This document shows, piece by piece, positions 57,762 through 64,000 of a stretch of 64,000 bases of DNA (positions are counted from its first letter, which is position 1; the number at the start of each line of letters is the position of its first letter). Under the pieces are notes generated by a model, which was not told where the DNA came from, did no database searches, and was given only the letters and a program-made list of their open reading frames with translations. A program made the position numbers and the translations under genes. The stretch is from positions 2,656,001 to 2,720,000 of the forward strand of contig CP084166.1 of assembly GCA_021513695.1 (NCBI GenBank). The letters run 5' to 3'. The DNA comes from Candidatus Heimdallarchaeum aukensis. GTDB lineage: Archaea > Asgardarchaeota > Heimdallarchaeia > Heimdallarchaeales > Heimdallarchaeaceae.

Positions 57762-58262
57762 TTAATACTCTGGTGTTGCGTCTTCCCAAAGAAAATCCCA
57801 CATTTCTGAAGTGTAAAGAGTTTCTTTTTCTACAATTACTCTCATAAGTCTTTTTAGAAGAGCATGATGTCGAATTTCATCCTGATAGATAGCCCGAATT
57901 ACAAATCGCTCTTTTTCACTTTCTAGTTTTTCAAGGAGTTCCTTGTAAGTTTTAATAGCAGATGATTCAAGTTCAATATGTTGCTGAATTGCATCACTAA
58001 TAATATCAGATTGTTTTTCACCTATAAAAGGAGTGGTTTCACCAATTAATGCAATTAAGGCATTTAGCATACTTTTATGTTTTTGAGAATCTATAGCAAT
58101 AGCTAAGACAAGCTCTTTAATTAAACTATTTTTTATTTTTTCCACAGATTCTTTTGCCTTTTCAATTATTTTTTCTTCAAGTTTTACTTGTTTTTTATAA
58201 AAATCCAGTTTTTCTTCTTGATTCATTGTTACCAATTGTACATAAAAGTTGTTTTTATACAA
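57762..58262 (-). CDS. Ferritin-like/rubrerythrin-superfamily four-helix-bundle protein (tentative).
   Basis: Helical. ExxH-like QDEIRHH and E-rich pairs. No rubredoxin Cys. Confidence 0.3.
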   Translation of the reverse strand: MYKNNFYVQLVTMNQEEKLDFYKKQVKLEEKIIEKAKESVEKIKNSLIKELVLAIAIDSQKHKSMLNALIALIGETTPFIGEKQSDIISDAIQQHIELESSAIKTYKELLEKLESEKERFVIRAIYQDEIRHHALLKRLMRVIVEKETLYTSEMWDFLWEDATPEY

Positions 58263-58369
58263 GAACTTTTTTATCGGAGAATCTCAATTTGTATATTGAT
58301 AGTAAAATAACACTTCAAGCGAATAGTTTTTAAATTAACATCAAACTCGAGAAATAAGTGAGATAGATA

Positions 58370-58648
58370 ATGTCCTCAGAAAGAAGAGTTGTTAGAAAGA
58401 AGAAGAAATTTGGTCTAGTTCTTGAATTTGTACCTGTTGTTAGAGATCTATTTCCTGATGATGAAGTTAAAGAAAAGATACAAGGAGAAATAAAAAGAGC
58501 AAATGGACTTACTCCTCAATTTCTTGCAGATAAATATAATGTACGAATTAGTACCATCAAGAAAATGCTCAGAGAAGCAGAAGCGAATGGTATTATAGAA
58601 TGTGTTGCAAGTAATAAACGTACAAGAGTTTATAAAGCAAAACAATAA
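58370..58648 (+). CDS. rps25e: Ribosomal protein eS25.
   Basis: Basic N-terminus. C-terminal wHTH LTPQFLADKYNVRISTIKKMLREAEANGIIECVASNKRTRVYKAK, typical of S25e. Confidence 0.6.
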   Translation: MSSERRVVRKKKKFGLVLEFVPVVRDLFPDDEVKEKIQGEIKRANGLTPQFLADKYNVRISTIKKMLREAEANGIIECVASNKRTRVYKAKQ

Positions 58649-58715
58649 GAAGATTAGTTTGTTTTTACAACTACTAATTTATTATTTTAACTATTTTTAG
58701 AACCTTAAATAATTT

Positions 58716-59690
58716 TTAGTAAAATTCAAGACTAGCTGGTGAAGTATCAGAAATTCCCTGTTCAGTAACATAAAATAGAATCTCTCTATCAGGAAAACGA
58801 GAACTGTCAAATAATCTAGCAATTCTTGCACTTCCTCTACTTTTTCGAAGGAAAATCCTTTGTTGAGGACGATGAGCCCAAGCAAAGCCTAGGGCTGGTT
58901 CTTCTCCACTTCCATAGAGAAATTGATCTATAGCAGCAATTATTTGGTTAGTAACAACTATAGCAACATCATAATCTACAGCTATTTCTACAAGTTTTTC
59001 AGCCAAACTCATAATCTTTTGTTGTCTCTCAACTAGTCTATCTTTTCCAATAAATTCTGCTCGAAAGTGTGCAGCAAGAGAATCAATAATTACAAGTTTA
59101 ATATTCTCTTCAGGAATAATTTTTTCTAATTGATTTATGTATGCAAGCATTATATCTGTGTTGGAAGTAGGGGCGACTAGTATATTGTCTAAAACCTTTT
59201 TCGTATTCTTTACCTTGTAAGAAGCAATTTCCTCTATTCTTTGGGGAGAAAAAGTTCTTTCTGTATCAATGAAAAAAGCTTTTCCTTCAAGTCCGCCAAG
59301 ATCTTTAGGCAGTTGTACATTAATGCATAGTTGAAAACAAAGTTGAGTTTTCCCGCTGCTGAAAGAACCAACTAATTCTGTTATTTCTCCTGTCCAAATA
59401 CCACCATTAAGCATACTATCAAATTCTTCTGAACTTGTAGTTATTCGTCCTCTATTACGTTCAATTTCCAAAAACTCTGTAGCAGTATAAGGGTGAATAC
59501 CTAACTGATCTTGCGCTTTTTGAATAATTAAAGCAGATAGTTCTTCTTCTATTTCTAAGTCTTCAGCAAGTTCTTTTTCACTCATAAGAGATAATTGACC
59601 TAAAGAATAATTTTTCTGTTCCAATTTTTTTATTATCTCTTTTTCAATTCCTTCAAGTTGTGTCATAGTTGTCTGTTCAACGTTGAACAT
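58716..59690 (-). CDS. radA: DNA repair and recombination protein RadA.
   Basis: N-terminal HhH domain. Walker A GSFSSGKTQLCFQLC. Walker B KLVIIDSLAAHFRAEF. 324 aa. Confidence 0.9.
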   Translation of the reverse strand: MFNVEQTTMTQLEGIEKEIIKKLEQKNYSLGQLSLMSEKELAEDLEIEEELSALIIQKAQDQLGIHPYTATEFLEIERNRGRITTSSEEFDSMLNGGIWTGEITELVGSFSSGKTQLCFQLCINVQLPKDLGGLEGKAFFIDTERTFSPQRIEEIASYKVKNTKKVLDNILVAPTSNTDIMLAYINQLEKIIPEENIKLVIIDSLAAHFRAEFIGKDRLVERQQKIMSLAEKLVEIAVDYDVAIVVTNQIIAAIDQFLYGSGEEPALGFAWAHRPQQRIFLRKSRGSARIARLFDSSRFPDREILFYVTEQGISDTSPASLEFY

Positions 59691-59852
59691 TTAGATATAT
59701 AAAACTATTACCAGAGAAAAGAGAAATCATCAATAAATGAAAATCAATGATTTTAAAAGCTATATTGGATTATTCTAGATTTCAAGTTTTACAACACTTT
59801 TTTTAAAAAATAAATACTTATATATAAAGAATGTAATACACATACGATAAAA

Positions 59853-60074
59853 ATGAGTTACGATATAAAAAATGAATACGTAACGCCGAAAAAAATCGAA
59901 AAAGAACTAAAAGCAATATTATACGATATGGAAAGTAAAAATACAGCTATAATTGAAGATGCATGTTATAAATGGGTTAAACTGGAGGAAAGATTTGCTA
60001 AGTATATTCCTGAAGAAAAAAGAAAAGAATTAGCGAAAAGAATAAGTAAACTTAAGCATTATAATGATAGTTAG
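59853..60074 (+). CDS. Small hypothetical protein.
   Basis: ORF only. Confidence 0.25.
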   Translation: MSYDIKNEYVTPKKIEKELKAILYDMESKNTAIIEDACYKWVKLEERFAKYIPEEKRKELAKRISKLKHYNDS

Positions 60075-60321
60075 AAATGGCTAAAAATTGATTGCAAAAA
60101 TTAATTTAAATTCAACTTCGATTTTGTATTTGTGTTCTTTTTAGAGACTTAAAATCATTATTTTATTAAAAGTTGACTGACCGTTAATTTTATATATCAG
60201 TCTAAGTCGAATTTTTACGGAAATTGTTTCTCATGCTAAAAAAGACAAACAAAAAAGCTAGTTAAAAATCACTTGGTAAAAAAAATTAACAAAATTGATT
60301 GAATACAAAAAACCAAGATGA

Positions 60322-61968
60322 ATGAGAAATAAAATAAAAAAGGTGAATGAAATGTACGGACAACCAATATATATTTTGAAAGAAGGAACAGAAAGAACAA
60401 CAGGAAAAGACGCACAAAGAAATAATATTTCAGCTGCTAAGGCAGTAGCAGAAGCAGTAAGAACAGCTCTTGGTCCAAAAGGAATGGACAAAATGCTTGT
60501 AGATGGATTTAGTGATGCAACAGTAACAAACGATGGAGTAACTATTCTTAAAGAAATTGAAGTTCAGCATCCTGCTGCAAAATTTGTTATCGACCTAGCT
60601 AAGACCCAAGACCAAGAGACTGGAGACGGAACTACTACTGTTGTTGTTATTGCTGGAGAACTTCTTAAACAAGCTGAAGAGCTTTTAGATATTAATATTC
60701 ATCCAAGTTTAATTATTGAAGGTTACAAACTTGCTATGGAAGAAGTAAAGAATATTCTTGAAAAAATTGCTATACCTGTTCCATTTGATGATGCTGAAAT
60801 GATGAAGAATATTTCAATGACTTCCATGAGCAGCAAAATTATCGCTAGCGAGAAAGAATTTATGTCAGATATCGTTGTTGAAGCCGTTAGATCCGTTACA
60901 GAGGATCGTGATGGCAAAAAATTTGCTGATATTGACAACATTCTAATTCAAAAGAAACGTGGTGGAAGCATTAGAGATACAGAATTAATCAAAGGTTTAT
61001 TGATTGATAAAGAGTTTGTTCATCCAGATATGCCTAAAAAAGTAACAGATGCTAAGATTCTTCTTTTAGACAAAGGACTAGAACTTTCCAAGACTGAAAT
61101 TGATGCTAAATTACAAATTAGCACTCCAGATCAAGTACAGGCATTTCTAGATAATGAACACCAAATGCTTAAAGACATGGCAGAAAAGATTATTGCTTCT
61201 GGAGCAAATGTAGTGCTTTGTCAAAAAGGAATCGATGATATTGTTCAACACTATCTAGCAAAATCTGGTATTGCAGCTGTAAGACGAATTAAGAAATCTG
61301 ATATGAAGAAACTAGCTCGTGCTACTGGAGCTAAGATCACAACCAGTCTTGAAGATTTATCCAATTATCTTGGAACAGCTGGTTTAGTTGAAGAGGTCGC
61401 CATTGGAGACGACCACATGATAAAAATCACAGACTGCAAAGATCCAAAAGCTGTTTCCATTCTCATTCGTGGTGGAACTGAAATGGTTGTTAATGAAGCT
61501 GAACGTGCTATTCATGATGCTCTATGCGTAGTCCGACAGATCATTCACGATGAAAAAGCAGTTGCTGGTGGTGGAGCTCCTGAAATTGAGATAGCTTATC
61601 GTTTAGCTGAATTCGCAAAAGGTCAACCAAGTAAAATACAAAAGGCCGTTGAACAATTCGCTAAAGCCATGGAAATTATCCCCAGAACCCTTGCTGAAAA
61701 TGCAGGATTAGACCCCATTGATATTCTCAGCGATTTATACAGTAAACATGCCAAAAATGGTACAACTTTTGGTGTAGATCCTTTCAGTGGCTCTGTTGCT
61801 GATATGAAAAAACTCAATGTTATTGAACCTATTTCAGTTAAGAAACAAGCTATTAGCAGTGCCTCTGAAGCTGCAATGATGATACTCAGAATTGATGATG
61901 TCATCGCTGCAAAAGAACTTGGAGAAGGTCCTAATCCACCAGGTCCAGGTGGAGAAGACTTCGATTAG
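60322..61968 (+). CDS. ths: Thermosome subunit (group II chaperonin). The likely true start is ATG 60352 ([12 protein letters not shown]...).
   Basis: [25 protein letters not shown]-terminus. Conserved ATP-binding [17 protein letters not shown]-terminal GPGGEDFD-type tail. Confidence 0.9.
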   Translation: MRNKIKKVNEMYGQPIYILKEGTERTTGKDAQRNNISAAKAVAEAVRTALGPKGMDKMLVDGFSDATVTNDGVTILKEIEVQHPAAKFVIDLAKTQDQETGDGTTTVVVIAGELLKQAEELLDINIHPSLIIEGYKLAMEEVKNILEKIAIPVPFDDAEMMKNISMTSMSSKIIASEKEFMSDIVVEAVRSVTEDRDGKKFADIDNILIQKKRGGSIRDTELIKGLLIDKEFVHPDMPKKVTDAKILLLDKGLELSKTEIDAKLQISTPDQVQAFLDNEHQMLKDMAEKIIASGANVVLCQKGIDDIVQHYLAKSGIAAVRRIKKSDMKKLARATGAKITTSLEDLSNYLGTAGLVEEVAIGDDHMIKITDCKDPKAVSILIRGGTEMVVNEAERAIHDALCVVRQIIHDEKAVAGGGAPEIEIAYRLAEFAKGQPSKIQKAVEQFAKAMEIIPRTLAENAGLDPIDILSDLYSKHAKNGTTFGVDPFSGSVADMKKLNVIEPISVKKQAISSASEAAMMILRIDDVIAAKELGEGPNPPGPGGEDFD

Positions 61969-62056
61969 TTTTTTCTTTTTCCTTATCTTTTCTTTTGTAT
62001 AATTTTCTTTATTTTGTTATAGAAAACTTCTTTAGTTTTCTCCTCAATTCCACTAT

Positions 62057-62863
62057 ATGAAAGCAAAACGTGCTATTATAGGTGGTTCAGGAGTTTATGA
62101 AATATTTGAAGAATCTGAACCTATTAATGTAAATGCTTTTGGTCGTGATGTCACGCTCTATAAACTCGAAAGAGAAGGAAGAGAAGTTTTCTTTTTACCT
62201 CGACATGGTAAAGATCATAGTGTTCCACCGCATAAAATTGACTATTTAGGAAATATTTATGCGCTTTATTCTCTTGGTGTTAGTGAGATTATTGCAACAA
62301 ATGCCGTTGGATCAATTGTTCCTGAAGTTAAACCAGGAGAATTTGTTCTTCCAGACCAGTTTATTGATAACACCCGTAATCGTACTCTCACATTCTTTAG
62401 TGGAGAGAAAATTAACGGTTGGGAACCAAAGATTAAGTTAGGCGATGGAACTGTTAGAGAAGGTGTTGTCCATTTAGATTATACAGAACCCTATTGTCCT
62501 CGCCTTAGAAATCTATTAGGAACTATAACGGAAAATCTTGGAGAAAAAGTTCATCATTCTGGTGTTTATGTATGCTCAGAAGGTCCTCGCTTTGAGACCC
62601 CAGCAGAAGTTGAAATGTATCGTCATTTTGGTGGGACAATTGCAGGAATGACTACTATTCCTGAAGCTGTTCTTGCTAGAGAAGCAAACATGTGTTATGC
62701 TACAATATGTTTAGTTACCAATTTTGGTGCTGGTATGCAAAAAAAGGTGACACATGAAGAAGTTATTGAACTGTTCAATGAAAAAACACAAATTGTAAGG
62801 AAAATTATTGAAACAGCTGTTTTCTCTGATGTTGAAAATACAACTTGTAATTGCAGGGTATAA
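62057..62863 (+). CDS. mtnP: 5'-methylthioadenosine / purine nucleoside phosphorylase (PNP/MTAP family).
   Basis: IIGGSGVYEI N-terminus. FLPRHG. GMTTIPEA. NFGAG. 268 aa. Confidence 0.8.
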   Translation: MKAKRAIIGGSGVYEIFEESEPINVNAFGRDVTLYKLEREGREVFFLPRHGKDHSVPPHKIDYLGNIYALYSLGVSEIIATNAVGSIVPEVKPGEFVLPDQFIDNTRNRTLTFFSGEKINGWEPKIKLGDGTVREGVVHLDYTEPYCPRLRNLLGTITENLGEKVHHSGVYVCSEGPRFETPAEVEMYRHFGGTIAGMTTIPEAVLAREANMCYATICLVTNFGAGMQKKVTHEEVIELFNEKTQIVRKIIETAVFSDVENTTCNCRV

Positions 62864-62887
62864 TTTCCTTTATTTTTTAGTTTTTTT

Positions 62888-63664
62888 CTAAAAGAACCTG
62901 CTAAATTTCTCAAGCTTTTCAGAAAAATATCCTCTTTTAGATTGCTCAATTGCTTCTTTATAATATCTTAAAGCTGCATTCTTATTTCCTGCTAAAAGAT
63001 GAGATTGAATGAGATCAATTCTTAAAGTAAATAAGATCCTTTCTGATTTTCCACTCTTGTAATAATTATACGCTTGTTCAAGATATTTTAGAGAATCAGC
63101 ATATTTTTCTAATGATATCAAAAATTCTCCCAATTCTAAGGATGTTACTGCCATTTTTTCTTTAACATTAACTGATTGAAAGAGTTTAAGGGCATTAGTA
63201 AAATTAGATATTATTTCTTCTTTTTTCTCAACAAACTTTCTAGGATTTTTTATTCTTGCAATTGCCAAAGCTCTTAGAGCATCTGCTTGTTTTTCTAAAT
63301 TGTTAACAAATTCAAATGAATTTATTGCTCTAGTTAAATATTCTTTAGCTTTTGAAATGTTGTTTTTGTTGTCTCTATAGATCAAACCTAGAAGATATTC
63401 ACAAGTCCCTTTTTTTGAAGTATTTTTCCCCTCAAATTTGAAAATGGCTTCTTCATAAGCTTTAATCCCTTTATCTAATTGTCCTAATTTAATATATGAG
63501 TTTGCTATATAAATTAAACATTCTCCTTCCAATTCCTTATCGTTTAAAGCAGCAAATAATTGTTCTGCGTATGTTAAGCTTCTGATACAAGCAATATATT
63601 TTCTTTCTTTATATTCTTGCTTGCCTAGTTCAAGATACTTCTTTGCTTCGTCTTTTTCTTTCAT
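62888..63664 (-). CDS. TPR-repeat protein.
   Basis: Tandem TPR helices (AEQLFAALNDKELEGECLIYIANSYIKLGQLDKGIKAYEEAI etc.). Confidence 0.55.
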   Translation of the reverse strand: MKEKDEAKKYLELGKQEYKERKYIACIRSLTYAEQLFAALNDKELEGECLIYIANSYIKLGQLDKGIKAYEEAIFKFEGKNTSKKGTCEYLLGLIYRDNKNNISKAKEYLTRAINSFEFVNNLEKQADALRALAIARIKNPRKFVEKKEEIISNFTNALKLFQSVNVKEKMAVTSLELGEFLISLEKYADSLKYLEQAYNYYKSGKSERILFTLRIDLIQSHLLAGNKNAALRYYKEAIEQSKRGYFSEKLEKFSRFF

Positions 63665-63813
63665 AGTTTGTATTCACCGAGCTGACATATGACATGATCA
63701 ATTTTGTCGGTCAGATAATAAATTTATCCAAACAAATTTTTATTGTGTAAAATTAAAATCTATCATTTAAATAAAAGGGAAAAATTAGTTTAGGTGATTG
63801 TTCTGAAAAAATC

Positions 63814-64000
63814 CTACTTCTTTGAGAAAAATAGCTTTTCTTGTTCATAATTGGTAGAAACTTTATTCCAATCGATATCCTGTGAAATAATTCTTTTTCC
63901 TGCATCTTCCAAGGTAGTCACATCTCTTGAGTTGATAATACTTAGTAATTCTCTGGCTTTTCTAATTATAGTCCTTCGTTTGTAGATTTGTTTTTGTTTT
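63814..64000 (-). CDS. Partial CDS (3' end) of a gene extending beyond the window. Function unknown.
   Basis: The open frame from the window edge, ...RKARELLSIINSRDVTTLEDAGKRIISQDIDWNKVSTNYEQEKLFFSKK*, ends at TAG (plus 63814-63816). Confidence 0.3.
   Translation of the reverse strand, partial: KQKQIYKRRTIIRKARELLSIINSRDVTTLEDAGKRIISQDIDWNKVSTNYEQEKLFFSKK

Overview
This is a 64 kb, low-GC (about 30%) segment that I read as an archaeal chromosome. The archaeal markers are group II chaperonin/thermosome, RadA, ribosomal protein eS25, topoisomerase VI, a tungsten-type aldehyde:ferredoxin oxidoreductase, and an MvhADG-type [NiFe] hydrogenase. Coding density is high on both strands. I saw no rRNA, tRNA, CRISPR array, or transposase/integrase.

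Main features along the window:
- 1-6936: partial mvhD, then an MvhG/MvhA hydrogenase, a maturation protease, HdrC- and HdrB-like proteins, and a soluble FrdB/FrdA-like fumarate reductase pair. These look co-transcribed.
- 6926-7642: a metallo-beta-lactamase-fold hydrolase; 7949-9310: glutamate dehydrogenase.
- 9395-23365 (minus strand): a top6B-top6A operon. top6B is a single uninterrupted 4184-aa ORF. An intact TopoVI-B module occupies the N-terminal ~545 aa. The remaining ~3640 aa is a long array of helix-hairpin-helix-like (HhH) repeats. It ends in a lysine/threonine-rich basic tail encoded by a near-perfect 3 x 45-nt DNA tandem repeat.
- 23504-26440: a surface protein with LVIVD/beta-propeller-type repeats.
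- 26673-32098: a pair of divergent FtsZ/tubulin-superfamily paralogues, one with a degenerate GTP-binding loop. They flank pyruvate kinase and a multi-pass membrane protein.
- 32153-35125: a FAD-linked oxidase fused to Fe-S/CCG (HdrD-like) domains.
- 37017-41073: a MOSC-domain protein, a MoaD-like protein, AOR, and a divergently transcribed radical-SAM/SPASM enzyme.
- 41205-51625: small regulators, an MFS transporter, and an orphan response regulator beside a kinase-less sensor-like protein.
- 51720-54793: a secreted protease island (caspase-fold peptidase plus subtilisin).
- 56099-63664: glyA, a disrupted ferredoxin-like remnant, eS25, radA, thermosome, MTA phosphorylase, and TPR proteins.

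The most unusual element is the giant Top6B-(HhH)n fusion. It resembles a type IIB analogue of the Topo V HhH architecture.
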